Assembly (NCBI GenBank): GCA_963728425.1
Contig: CAVSKC010000014.1
Location: forward strand, 167,389 to 231,388
Reading direction: 5' to 3'
DNA: 64,000 bases
From: an uncultured Actinomycetota bacterium
GTDB lineage: Bacteria; Actinomycetota; Actinomycetes; JACCUZ01
The stretch's first letter is position 1; every line of letters begins with the position of its first letter. Below the pieces are notes generated by a model. The model was not told the DNA's origin. It was given only the letters and a program-made list of their open reading frames with translations, and searched no databases. The translations under genes were made by a program, and so were the position numbers. This document shows positions 19,380 through 28,948 of the stretch, piece by piece.

Positions 19380-21194
19380 ATGGCGTCCCGCATCGAGGAC
19401 TACGCCCTCATCTCGGACCGGATGTCCGCCGGGCTGATCGGCCGGGACGGATCGCTGGACTGGCTGTGCGTTCCCCGGTTCGACTCCGAGGCGGTCTTCG
19501 CCGCCCTGCTGGGCACCGAGGACAACGGCCACTGGCGGTTGGCCCCGCGCGACGGCCCCGCGACTTGCACCAGCCGGCGCTACCGCGGCGACACCTTGAT
19601 CCTCGAGTCGCAGTGGACGGCGCCGGGCGGCGCCGTCCGGGTCATCGACTTCATGCCCGAGCGTGGCGAGGCGCCGGACGTCGTGCGGATCGTCGATGGC
19701 ATCGACGGCCGGGTGGACATGCGCAGCGAGCTGCGGCTGCGGTTCGGCTACGGCGACGTCGTCCCGTGGGTCCGGCACCTCGACGGCATGCTGGAGGCGG
19801 TCGCCGGGCCGGATGCGATGTGGCTGGCGTCCGACGTGGCGCACCACGGCCGCGACTTCGCGTCGTTCGCCGACTTCACCATCGAGGCGGGCCAGCGCGA
19901 GTCGTTCGTGCTGACCTGGAACGCGTCGTACAAGCACCGACCCGACCCGGTCGACCCGGTGGCCGCACTGCTGGAGACCGAGCGGTTCTGGCAGAGCTGG
20001 GCCGACAGCTGCACCTACGAGGGGCCGTACCGCGACGCCGTCCTTCGCTCGTTGCTCACCCTGAAGGCCCTGACCTACGCACCGACTGGCGGCATCGTGG
20101 CGGCGGCCACGACCTCGCTCCCGGAGGAGATCGGCGGGTCGCGCAACTGGGACTACCGCTACTGCTGGTTGCGGGACGCCGCGTTCACCCTGCAGGCACT
20201 GGTCAAGACGGGTTACACGGAGGAAGCCGCCGCCTGGCGGGAGTGGCTGCTGCGCGCCATCGCCGGCAGCCCGGAACGGCTGCAGATCCTCTACGGCGTC
20301 GCCGGCGAGCGGCAGGCGATGGAGCGCGAGCTGACCTGGCTGTCGGGGTACGAAGGCTCGTCGCCGGTCCGGGTCGGCAACGGCGCGGTCGACCAGCGCC
20401 AGCTCGACGTCTACGGCGAGGTGATGGACACCCTGTGGCTGGCCCGCTCCTACGACCTGGACCCGAGCGAGGACGCCTGGCGGATCCAGCGCGGCCTGAT
20501 GACGTGGCTGGAGAGCGGCTGGAAGGAGCCGGACGAGGGGCTCTGGGAGGTGCGTGGCGGGCAGCAGCACTTCACCCACTCCAAGGTGCTGGCCTGGGTG
20601 GCGGCGGACCGGGCCGTGCGCACCGTGGAGCAGGGGCAGTTCGAGGGGCCGCTCAACCGCTACCGGTCGCTGCGCGACGAGATCCACGCCGACGTGTGCG
20701 CCAACGGGTACGACGCCGACCGGCAGACGTTCACCCAGTCCTACGGCTCGAAGGCGCTGGACGCCGCGCTGCTGCTGATCCCCCAGGTCGGTTTCCTGCC
20801 GCCCGAGGACGAGCGGGTCCGCGGCACCCTGCGGGCCGTGCAGAGCGGGCTCGCGGTCGACGGGATGGTCCGGCGCTACAACACCGAGCACACCGACGAT
20901 GGTGTCCCCGGCGACGAGGGCGCCTTCCTGGCCTGCAGCTTCTGGCTGGCCGACGCGCTGGTGCTCGACGGTCAGGTGGCCGCGGGCCGGGCGCAGTTCG
21001 AGCGGCTGCTGTCGCTGTGCAACGACGTCGGGCTGCTCGCCGAGGAGTACGACGTGGCGGCCGGGCGGCAGCTGGGCAACGTGCCGCAGGCCTACAGCCA
21101 CCTGGCCCTGGTCAACTCGGCGCTCAACCTCGCCCAGGTCCCTGCCCAGGGCGAGACCGCTCCGGCGGAGCAGCGCGCTGCCCGCGCCGGCTGA
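19380..21194 (+). CDS. glycoside hydrolase family 15 protein (glucoamylase/trehalase-like)
   Basis: 604 aa from the internal ATG of ORF 19245..21194. It has IEDYALISD, SLDWLCVPRFDS, NWDYRYCWLRDA, QLDVYGE, EGAFLACSFWL and QAYSHLALV, the typical GH15 layout. Confidence 0.85.
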   Translation: MASRIEDYALISDRMSAGLIGRDGSLDWLCVPRFDSEAVFAALLGTEDNGHWRLAPRDGPATCTSRRYRGDTLILESQWTAPGGAVRVIDFMPERGEAPDVVRIVDGIDGRVDMRSELRLRFGYGDVVPWVRHLDGMLEAVAGPDAMWLASDVAHHGRDFASFADFTIEAGQRESFVLTWNASYKHRPDPVDPVAALLETERFWQSWADSCTYEGPYRDAVLRSLLTLKALTYAPTGGIVAAATTSLPEEIGGSRNWDYRYCWLRDAAFTLQALVKTGYTEEAAAWREWLLRAIAGSPERLQILYGVAGERQAMERELTWLSGYEGSSPVRVGNGAVDQRQLDVYGEVMDTLWLARSYDLDPSEDAWRIQRGLMTWLESGWKEPDEGLWEVRGGQQHFTHSKVLAWVAADRAVRTVEQGQFEGPLNRYRSLRDEIHADVCANGYDADRQTFTQSYGSKALDAALLLIPQVGFLPPEDERVRGTLRAVQSGLAVDGMVRRYNTEHTDDGVPGDEGAFLACSFWLADALVLDGQVAAGRAQFERLLSLCNDVGLLAEEYDVAAGRQLGNVPQAYSHLALVNSALNLAQVPAQGETAPAEQRAARAG

Positions 21195-21204
21195 CCGGTG
21201 CGCC

Positions 21205-22152
21205 TCAGCGCAGGGCAGGCTGCACGAGGGTGAGGCTGCCGGCGTCGGCATCCAGCTCGGCCTCGACGCCGAGGGGGACGGTCAGCTGCGGTACCGCGTG
21301 ACCGAACGGCAGGCCGGAGACCAGCGGCACCCCCAGCGGTGCCAGCCGCTCCACCAGCGTCTCGTGCGCGGCGGGCCCGCAGTCGCGCCACGAGCCCAGC
21401 ACGATTCCCGCGACCCCGTCGAACCACCCGGTGCGCAGCAGCTGGGTCAGCATCGAGTCGATCCGGTACGCCGGCTCGGCGACGTCCTCGAGCACGGCCA
21501 GGCCGCCGCGGGCCGGCCGGTGCTCGGGCGTGCCGACGGTGTTGGCGAGCAGCGCGAGGGTGCCGCCCACGAGGACGCCGCGGGCGCGGCCGCCGACCTC
21601 GCACTGCAAGCCGCCGCTGACGAGCACCCGGACCGACTCGGGGTCGAACAGGGTGGACCGCAGGTGCTGCACCGACTCGTCGTCGGGCGCCGCCCCGGCG
21701 AACGCCTCGGTGGCCGCCATCGGCCCGGCCAGGGTGACCAGGCCGAGCCGGTTGGCGACGGCCTGGTGCAGCACGGTGACGTCGCTGAAGCCGACCAGCA
21801 CCCGGGGCCCGGCCACCCGCATCGCGTCCCAGCCGAGCAGGTCGACGACCCGCGCGGCGCCGGATCCGCCCCGGGCGCAGACGACGGCCTGGGTGGCCGG
21901 GTCGCACCAGGCTTGTTGCAGGTCGGCCGCCCGCTGCTCGTCGGTGCCGGCCAGGTGCCGGCGGCTCTCGAGCGCGTGCCGGCCCACCACGACGTCCAGC
22001 CCCCAGGAGCGCAGGGTGGCGACCCCGCGGTCCAGCCGCTCGGGGACCAGCGTGCCGCTGGTGGCCACTACGGCCACCCGGTCGCCGGGCACCAGCCGCC
22101 GCGGCCGGTCCAGCGGCTGCAGCGGCTGCAGCGGCCGCGGCAGCTCGGTCAC
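21205..22152 (-). CDS. ldcA: LD-carboxypeptidase (peptidase S66, LdcA/MccF family)
   Basis: 315-aa ORF with nucleophile context VGFSDVTVLH, LEDV.E and GLPFGHA. Confidence 0.85.
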   Translation of the reverse strand: MTELPRPLQPLQPLDRPRRLVPGDRVAVVATSGTLVPERLDRGVATLRSWGLDVVVGRHALESRRHLAGTDEQRAADLQQAWCDPATQAVVCARGGSGAARVVDLLGWDAMRVAGPRVLVGFSDVTVLHQAVANRLGLVTLAGPMAATEAFAGAAPDDESVQHLRSTLFDPESVRVLVSGGLQCEVGGRARGVLVGGTLALLANTVGTPEHRPARGGLAVLEDVAEPAYRIDSMLTQLLRTGWFDGVAGIVLGSWRDCGPAAHETLVERLAPLGVPLVSGLPFGHAVPQLTVPLGVEAELDADAGSLTLVQPALR

Positions 22153-22844
22153 GCGGCGGTCGGCGGCGGCGGGACGTCCACCTCGATCTCGCCGCCGAGC
22201 CGGGCGCCGGTCCGCAGGGCCAGGTCGTCACCGCTCCAGAAGCTGCCCGGGTCGTACCAGCTGGGGCGCCGCCCGGCCGGCAACAGGCCCATCGCCTCGT
22301 AGGTGAGGGCAACCACCTCGGCGCAGTAGGCGGTCTCCAGGCCGACGTCCCGGGGGTCGTGCCCGAACTTCGGCAGCCGGCCGCCGACCCACCGGCCCGC
22401 CAGCCGGGCCGTCGACGGGAACGGGGTCCCGTCGAGCTTCGCGACGGTGCGCAGCACGGCGTCCTCCATCGCCGGGGTGACCGGCCGGTCCAGCTGGCGC
22501 AGCCAGGCCCGCTGGCCGTACCGGTGCGCCCAGACGTGAACCGCGTCGGCCAGGTCGTGCAGCTGGACGCCACGCTGGTGGGTGCCGGACCAGACATCGG
22601 GCAGCGACCGGCCCAGCTCGGCGTGCCACATCAGCGGCGGCAGGTCGTCGAGGACGATCGCCATGCCCACGTGGTTGACCGGGCTGTTGGTCGTCACCCG
22701 GATCGCCCGGTCGGCGGCGCTGCTGCCGCGGAACAGCCACAGGTCGCCGGTCCGGGTGAGCTCGACGGCACCCGCCAGCGACAGCCGGGGCTCCGGCGTC
22801 GTCCTCTCTCGTCCGCTCGGCACGCTGGGTAGCCTAGGCAGCAT
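22149..22844 (-). CDS. YiiX/C92-family permuted papain-like amidase (NlpC/P60 superfamily)
   Basis: The internal ATG of ORF 22149..22940 gives GDLWLFRG, NHVGMAIV and YCAEVVALTYE (His before Cys, the permuted order). The start is uncertain, and the stop overlaps the ldcA start. Confidence 0.6.
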   Translation of the reverse strand: MLPRLPSVPSGRERTTPEPRLSLAGAVELTRTGDLWLFRGSSAADRAIRVTTNSPVNHVGMAIVLDDLPPLMWHAELGRSLPDVWSGTHQRGVQLHDLADAVHVWAHRYGQRAWLRQLDRPVTPAMEDAVLRTVAKLDGTPFPSTARLAGRWVGGRLPKFGHDPRDVGLETAYCAEVVALTYEAMGLLPAGRRPSWYDPGSFWSGDDLALRTGARLGGEIEVDVPPPPTAA

Positions 22845-23010
22845 GCGGTGGTGGAAGGTGCTGGGGCTCGCGGGACTCGTCGGGGTTGCCGCGACCGGGG
22901 TCGTGGTGACCCGAGCGGCCCGCCAGCGCACGGCGTACACGCCGGACGAGGTCCGGGCCCGCCTGCTGGCCCGGCACGCCGAGGCCGAGGCCCGCGCGAC
23001 CGGTTCCTAG
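22843..23010 (+). CDS. small single-pass membrane protein (hypothetical)
   Basis: 55 aa: MRWWKVLGLAGLVGVAATGVVVTRAARQR followed by a charged tail. Its ATG overlaps, by 2 nt, the divergent start codon of the 22149..22844 gene. Confidence 0.4.
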   Translation: MRWWKVLGLAGLVGVAATGVVVTRAARQRTAYTPDEVRARLLARHAEAEARATGS

Positions 23011-23088
23011 CCGCCTGCAACCCGGGCGCCCGGTCGCGAGTCATCCTCGTGACGACGCTCCACCACCAACCACGAGGGACGGCACCCG

Positions 23089-23448
23089 ATGCCGCTCCGG
23101 GCCACCCTTGCGACCGCGGCACTGGCCGCGCTGGCTGCCGGCAGCGCGCCGGCGATGGCTGCCACCGTCGGCCCGACCGCCGTACCGTCCGCGGCCTCGT
23201 CTACGCGGCCGGGGCAGCCGGTGAGGAGGGCGCCGCCACGGTGCCGATGGAGCGGGTCAGCGGCACCCCGCTGGACGGCGTGCACCAGCATGTGGCTGCC
23301 GAAGGGCGAACTGAGGGCGGCGAGCGATGGACGGTTCCGGAGCTCGGACCTGCGGGCCCGCAGAGACGGCTCCTGGCGGGTCGCGTACGCCGGCAGCGCG
23401 CGGTTCGACAAACAGCTGTCACGCTCCGTCGCCGTCGACGTTCCCTAG
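23089..23448 (+). CDS. secreted hypothetical protein (signal peptide); the middle is probably out of frame
   Basis: Signal peptide MPLRATLATAALAALAAGSAPAMA. The tail SDGRFRSSDLRA..GSWRVAYAGSARF looks like a small beta-sandwich domain. A better-looking middle (RGLVYAAGAAGEEGAATVPMERVSG) lies in another frame, suggesting compensating breaks near ~23190 and ~23297. Confidence 0.45.
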   Translation: MPLRATLATAALAALAAGSAPAMAATVGPTAVPSAASSTRPGQPVRRAPPRCRWSGSAAPRWTACTSMWLPKGELRAASDGRFRSSDLRARRDGSWRVAYAGSARFDKQLSRSVAVDVP

Positions 23449-23496
23449 CGCGGCGGTTTGACGGCGCGAGGCCGGGACGGGGCAGGATGTGCCGAC

Positions 23497-24258
23497 ATGG
23501 ACCTCGGACTGCAGGACCGCGTGTACGTCGTCACCGGCGCGAGCCGCGGACTCGGCCTGGCCACGGCCACCGTGCTGGCTGAGGAGGGGGCGCAGGTGCT
23601 GATGTGCGCCCGCGACGAGGCCGCCCTGCAGAAGGCTACCGAGTCGCTGGCGGGTGACCGGGCGATGGCGCTGCCCGGCGACCTCACCGACACCGCCCTG
23701 GGCGAGCGGCTGGCCGCCGCGGCCATGGGGCGCTGGGGCCGCCTGGACGGCGTGCTCATCAGCGTCGGCGGGCCGGCGCCCGGCGAGACGCTCGGCCTCA
23801 GCGACGACGCCTGGCGGGCGAGCTTCGAGTCGGTGTTCCTGGGCGCGCTGCGCATCGCCCGCGCGGCGACCGCGGTGATGGGCGAGGACGGCGGCTCGCT
23901 GGTCTTCGTGCTGTCCACCTCCGTCAAGCAGCCGATCGCTGGGCTGGCGGCCTCGAACGGGCTGCGTCCCGGCCTGGCCATGCTCGCCAAGACGATGGCC
24001 GACGAGCTCGGGCCGCGGAACATCCGGGTCAACGGCCTGCTGCCCGGTCGGATCGACACCGACCGGGTTCGCGAGCTCGACGGTGGTGGCGCGAAGGGCC
24101 GCAAGGCGCGGGCGGAGTCCGAGTCGCGAATCCCGCTGGGCCGCTACGGCGAGCCCGCCGAGTTCGGCCGGGTCGCGGCATTCCTGCTCTCCCCCGCCGC
24201 ATCGTTCGTCAGCGGGACGATGGTGCCGGTCGACGGCGGGATGATGCGCACGATCTGA
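23497..24258 (+). CDS. SDR-family oxidoreductase
   Basis: The internal ATG of ORF 23458..24258 gives VYVVTGASRGLG, RVNGLLPG, the C-terminal FVSG..VPVDGG and a length of 253 aa. Confidence 0.85.
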   Translation: MDLGLQDRVYVVTGASRGLGLATATVLAEEGAQVLMCARDEAALQKATESLAGDRAMALPGDLTDTALGERLAAAAMGRWGRLDGVLISVGGPAPGETLGLSDDAWRASFESVFLGALRIARAATAVMGEDGGSLVFVLSTSVKQPIAGLAASNGLRPGLAMLAKTMADELGPRNIRVNGLLPGRIDTDRVRELDGGGAKGRKARAESESRIPLGRYGEPAEFGRVAAFLLSPAASFVSGTMVPVDGGMMRTI

Positions 24259-24268
24259 CCGAGCCGGT

Positions 24269-25210
24269 ATGACGGGTAGCGTGCCGCCGGTGAACGTCTG
24301 GGACGCCGAGCACGCGCTCGACGCGGACCAGGCGCGGCAGCTGCTGGCGGAGCAGTTCCCCGAGCTCGCCCTCGACTCGGTCGAGCCACTCGGGGTCGGC
24401 TTTGACAACACGGTCTACCTGGTCGACGGGGAGTGGGCGTTCCGGTTCCCGCGACGGGAGGTGGCGGTGCCGCTGATGGCCCGCGAGCTCGGGCTGCTCC
24501 CGGACCTCGCCGGCCGGCTGCCGCTGGCGGTGCCGGTGCCCGAGCTGGTGGGCCGGCCGGCGGGCGGCTACCCGTGGCCGTTCTGGGGCGCTCGACTGGT
24601 CCCTGGGCAGGAGCTCGCCGACGCCGGCCTGTCCGACGAGGAGCGCGTCGCGCTCGGCGCGCAAGTGGGCGGCTTCCTCGCGGCCCTGCACGATCCGGCC
24701 GTCGCCCGGGACCTCGGCGGCCACCTGCCGCACGACCCGATGCGCCGCGGGACGCCCAGCACCCGCGGGCCGATGGCCCGGGACCTCCTTGACCGGCTGG
24801 CCGGGCGGGGGAGCTGGCAGCCGGGCTCGGCGACCGACCGCGCGGTCGACCAGGTGATCGCGGCAGCGGATCCGCTCGGGCCACCCGACAGCGAGCCGGT
24901 CGTGGTGCACGGGGACCTGCACCTGCGGCACCTGCTCGTCGGTCCCGACGGGCTGGCAACCGGGGTCATCGACTGGGGTGACTCCTGCCTCGCCGACCCG
25001 GCCCTGGACCTGTCCCTGGCCTTCGGCGCCTTCAGCGGACCGGCCCGCGCGGCGCTGCTGGCCGCCTACGGCCGACCCCTCGACGAGAAACGAGAACTAC
25101 GGGCCCGGGTGCTCGCTCTGGCGCTGTGCGCCGCGCTGGCCGACTACGGCGACCTCGAGGGCCACGCGACGCTGCGGGCCGAGGCACTGGCGGGTGTCGC
25201 GCGGGCGGTA
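24269..25210 (+). CDS. aminoglycoside/choline-kinase-type phosphotransferase (APH family)
   Basis: The N-terminal ~310 aa of ORF 24269..25825 has VHGDLHLRHLLV and IDWGDSCLADPALDL (catalytic and Mg loops). The ORF has no stop here and runs in frame into the next gene (see finding), so the end given is the domain boundary. Confidence 0.8.
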
Positions 25211-25211
25211 C

Positions 25212-25758
25212 GTGACACGGCGACCGGCGCCGGCGTCGCTCTCGCCGCGGCGCTGCTGCTCGCCGGCTGCACGCCCGACGGGTCGGCCGCTCCGAGCGAT
25301 CTGCCCGACCCCATGCCGGTCGCGAGCCGCAGCGGCGACGGGCCCTGTCTGAGCGGCTACGACGCCGGGAGGGTCGAGGGTGCGCAGCTGGTCGGGGTCG
25401 ACGCGCACCCACGGGCCGTGGTGCTCCTCTGGTACCCGGGGCGCAACGACGTGACTGCACGGTCCGGCGCACGGCCGGCGGCACGGCTGTGGCCCGCCGG
25501 CTGGCCGCCGACATCCGCTCAGCTCCAGAGTCCACGGGAAACTCGAGCTGCCCGGAGGATGACGGGTCGGTGGTCTCGCTCTACTTCACGGTGGACCCCG
25601 AGGCCCGCCCGCAGCGGGTGGACGTCCGGCCGAGCGGCTGCTCTTCGATCGTGGCGCCGCACCGCAGGGTGCGTGATGCGACGTCCCAGCTCATCCTCGA
25701 CCTGGCCCGCGTCGCGCCGTCGCCGTGGCGGGCGCGCCTGCAGGCCCGGGTCTCGTGA
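25212..25758 (+). pseudogene. putative lipoprotein (lipobox LLAGC); start unresolved, one frame break
   Basis: GAGVALAAALLLAGCTPDGS is a signal plus lipobox, read in frame with the APH ORF. The C-terminal half continues in ORF 25489..25758 (SSCPEDDGSVVSLYFTVDPEARPQRVDVRPSGCSS). The frame switches near ~25480. Confidence 0.5.
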
Positions 25759-25764
25759 GCCCGG

Positions 25765-27669
25765 TCAGGCCACCTCGACCGGCGTACTCGTCGACGTCTC
25801 CTGCGAGGCGAACTGGGTCTCGTAGAGCTCGGCGTACAGCCCGCCCGCCGCGAGCAGCTGGGTGTGCCGGCCGCGCTCGACGACCCGGCCGTCGGCGATG
25901 ACGAGGATCTGGTCGGCGTCCCGGACGGTCGAGAGCCGGTGCGCGATGACCAGCGAGGTCCGACCCTCGAGGGCGATCTTCAGGGCCCGCTGCACCGCGA
26001 CCTCGGACTCGGAGTCCAGGTGCGCGGTCGCCTCGTCGAGCACGACGACGTCCGGGGCCTTGAGCAGCAGCCGGGCCAGGGCCAGCCGCTGCTTCTCGCC
26101 GCCGGAGAGCCGGTAGCCGCGGTCGCCGACCGTCGTGTCCAGCCCGTCGGGCAGCGACGCGACCAGGTCCCAGATCTGGGCAGCGCGCAGCGCGTCGAAC
26201 AGCTCGGCATCGGTGGCCTGCGGCCGGGCGTAGAGCAGGTTGGTGCGGATCGTCTCGTGGAACATGTGCGCGTCCTGGGTCACGACGCCGACCACCTCGT
26301 GCAGCGACGCCAGCGTCACGTCGCGCACGTCGTGGCCGCCGACCAGGACCTCGCCCTCGACCGTGTCGTAGAGCCGGCCGACCAGGCTGGTGATGGTGGT
26401 CTTGCCGGCGCCGGACGGCCCGACCAGGGCGGTCATCGTCCCCGCCGGTACGGTGAACGACACGTCGTGCAGGACCTGCTGGCTCGGTGCCTGGTCGAGG
26501 ACCGCGACCGACTCCAGCGAGGCCAGGGAGACCTCGTCCGCGGTCGGGTAGCGGAACGACACGTTGCGCAGCTCGACGGCGGTGGTGCCGCGCGGCAGCA
26601 CGTCGGCGTCCGGCTTCTCGTCGATCATCGGCGGCAGGTCGAGCACCTCGAAGACGCGCTCGAAGGAGACCAGCGCCGTCATCACGTCGACCTGCACGTT
26701 GGACAGCGCGGTGAGCGGGCCGTACAGCCGGCCGAGCAGGGCGGTGAGGGCCACCAGCGTGCCGAGGGTGATCGTGCCGTCGATGGCCAGCACGCCGCCG
26801 ACGCCGTAGACGAGCGCTGTCGCCAGCGAGGCGACCAGGGTGAGGCTGGTGAAGAACACCCGGCCGTACATCGCCTGCTTGATGCCGATGTCGCGCACCT
26901 GGCCGGCCTTCGTGGAGAACGCCGCCGACTCGTCGGGCAGCCGGCCGAACAGCTTGACCAGCAGGGCGCCGGAGACGTTGAAGCGTTCGGTCATCGTCGT
27001 GCCCATGCCCGCGTTGAGCTGCATGGCCTCGCGGGTGATCGCCTGCAGCCGGCGACCGACCCAGCGGGCCGGGAGCAGGAACAGCGGCGTCAGCACCAGC
27101 GCGCCGAGGGTGATCTGCCAGGACAGGTAGAGCATCGTGGCGAGCACCAGGATCAGGCCGATGACGTTGGAGACCACCGAGGACAGCGTCGAGGTGAACG
27201 CCTGCTGGGCGCCGACCACGTCGGTGTTCAGCCGGCTCACCAGCGCACCGGTCTGGGTGCGGGTGAAGAAGGCCACCGGCATCCGCTGCACGTGCGCGAA
27301 CACCCGGGTGCGCAGGTCGTAGATCAGGCCCTCACCGACCTGGGAGGACAGCAGGCGCTGCCACAGCGTGAGTCCCGCGTCGACCACGGCCAGCAGGGCC
27401 ACGCCGAGCGCGACGGTCACGACGGTCGACTTGCTGCCGGCGTCCGGCTGGGACACCTCGTCGACGATCACCTTGAACAGCAGCGGGAGCGCCACCACGA
27501 GCAGCGCGTCCAGGACCACCAGGACCAGGAAGACGACGATCTGCCGCCGGTAGGGCCGCGCGAAGTCGACGATCCGCGGGATCGTCCCCGGCGCGAGCTT
27601 GCGCTTCGCGACCTCGCCGTCCCGGGTGAGCGACCGCATGGCCGCCCACGGGTTCTGGTGCATCGACAC
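25765..27669 (-). CDS. ABC exporter, fused permease/ATPase (MsbA/MdlB type)
   Basis: 634-aa ORF with six N-terminal TM helices, Walker A GPSGAGKTT, signature LSGGEKQR and Walker B VVVLDEATAHLD. Confidence 0.9.
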   Translation of the reverse strand: MSMHQNPWAAMRSLTRDGEVAKRKLAPGTIPRIVDFARPYRRQIVVFLVLVVLDALLVVALPLLFKVIVDEVSQPDAGSKSTVVTVALGVALLAVVDAGLTLWQRLLSSQVGEGLIYDLRTRVFAHVQRMPVAFFTRTQTGALVSRLNTDVVGAQQAFTSTLSSVVSNVIGLILVLATMLYLSWQITLGALVLTPLFLLPARWVGRRLQAITREAMQLNAGMGTTMTERFNVSGALLVKLFGRLPDESAAFSTKAGQVRDIGIKQAMYGRVFFTSLTLVASLATALVYGVGGVLAIDGTITLGTLVALTALLGRLYGPLTALSNVQVDVMTALVSFERVFEVLDLPPMIDEKPDADVLPRGTTAVELRNVSFRYPTADEVSLASLESVAVLDQAPSQQVLHDVSFTVPAGTMTALVGPSGAGKTTITSLVGRLYDTVEGEVLVGGHDVRDVTLASLHEVVGVVTQDAHMFHETIRTNLLYARPQATDAELFDALRAAQIWDLVASLPDGLDTTVGDRGYRLSGGEKQRLALARLLLKAPDVVVLDEATAHLDSESEVAVQRALKIALEGRTSLVIAHRLSTVRDADQILVIADGRVVERGRHTQLLAAGGLYAELYETQFASQETSTSTPVEVA

Positions 27670-27796
27670 CGGCGCCTCCTGTAATCACTGTTACACCTGT
27701 CTGCAAGCCGCAACGCTGGCCGGACGCGGGTGCTTCCCTGATGACGGTACGTCGACCTGCCGACAGGTCACCCCGGCAGCGCGGGTGAGCCGCCGG

Positions 27797-28948
27797 TCAG
27801 AAGGCGTTCACACCGGTGAGCGCCCGGCCGATCAGCAGCTTCTGCACCTGGCTGGTGCCCTCGTAGAGGGTCGTCACCCGGGCGTCCCGCAGCATCTTGG
27901 CGGCCGGGTACTCGTCGACGTACCCGTAGCCACCGTGGACCTGGATGCAGTTGTTCGCCACCCGGATCGAGGCCTCGGTGGCGAACAGCTTGGCCTTCGA
28001 CGCGGCCAGCGAGTACCGCTCACCGCGAGCCTTGAGATCGGCCACCGCCCAGGTCAGCAGCCGGGAGGCGTCCACGTCGACCGCGGAGTCGGCGATCATC
28101 TCCTGCACCAGCTGGTGGCCGGCGATCGGCTTGCCGAACTGCTCGCGCTGGGTCGAGTACGCGACCATCGTGTCCAGCGCGGCCTGCGCGATGCCGGTGC
28201 ACGAGGCCGCGATCGACATCCGGCCGTCGTCCAGGGCCGACAGCGCGACCTTGAGCCCGGCGCCCTCGTCGCCGAGCAACGCCTCGGGGGCCACCTCGAC
28301 GCCGTCGAGCACCAGCTCCGCGGTGTCGCAGGACCGCAGCCCGAGCTTGCCGTGCAGCGGGTTCGCGGTGAAGCCGTTGCTGTCGGTCGGCACCAGGAAC
28401 GCCGAGACGCCCTTGGCCCCTGGGCCACCCGTGCGGGCCATCACCAGCGCCACCTGGGCGATCGACCCGTTGGTGATGAAGACCTTCCGGCCGCTGATCC
28501 GCCACCGGCCACCGGGCAGCGCCTCGGCGCTCGCGCGCAGGTCGGCCGGGTTGGAGCCATGGTCCGGCTCGGTCAGCCCGAAGCAGCCGAGCACCTCACC
28601 GGTGGCCATCCGCGGCAGCCACTGCTGCTTCTGCTCCTCGGTCCCCCACCGGTCGATCGAGCCGGCGACCAGCCCGAGGTGCACCGACATGATGGAGCGC
28701 ACGTTGGCGTCGCCGCGGCTGAGCTCCTCGATGAACAAGCAGTAGGTCAGCGGGTCGGCTCCCCCACCGCCGTACGCCTCGGGGATCGACATTCCGACGA
28801 AGCCGGTCTTCTTGAGCCCGTCCAACGCCTCCTGCGGGAACCGCTCCTCGCGGTCGTTGCGCAGCGCGTCCGGGGTGACCACCTCGGCTACCCATTCGCG
28901 TACCGCCAGCTGCACCGCCCGCTGGTCGTCGCTCAGGACGAGGTCCAC
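27797..28948 (-). CDS. acyl-CoA dehydrogenase
   Basis: 383-aa ORF with GCFGLTEPDHGSN, QREQFGKPI and the C-terminal YEGTSQVQ. Confidence 0.92.
   Translation of the reverse strand: MDLVLSDDQRAVQLAVREWVAEVVTPDALRNDREERFPQEALDGLKKTGFVGMSIPEAYGGGGADPLTYCLFIEELSRGDANVRSIMSVHLGLVAGSIDRWGTEEQKQQWLPRMATGEVLGCFGLTEPDHGSNPADLRASAEALPGGRWRISGRKVFITNGSIAQVALVMARTGGPGAKGVSAFLVPTDSNGFTANPLHGKLGLRSCDTAELVLDGVEVAPEALLGDEGAGLKVALSALDDGRMSIAASCTGIAQAALDTMVAYSTQREQFGKPIAGHQLVQEMIADSAVDVDASRLLTWAVADLKARGERYSLAASKAKLFATEASIRVANNCIQVHGGYGYVDEYPAAKMLRDARVTTLYEGTSQVQKLLIGRALTGVNAF

Noticed and set aside
21205-27669. MccF/LdcA-type peptidase, YiiX amidase, APH kinase and MdlB-type ABC exporter read together as an antibiotic self-resistance island.
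   Set aside because: The genes lie on different strands or operons, are individually common housekeeping or cell-wall recycling functions, and no biosynthetic genes are nearby. The grouping is not supported.
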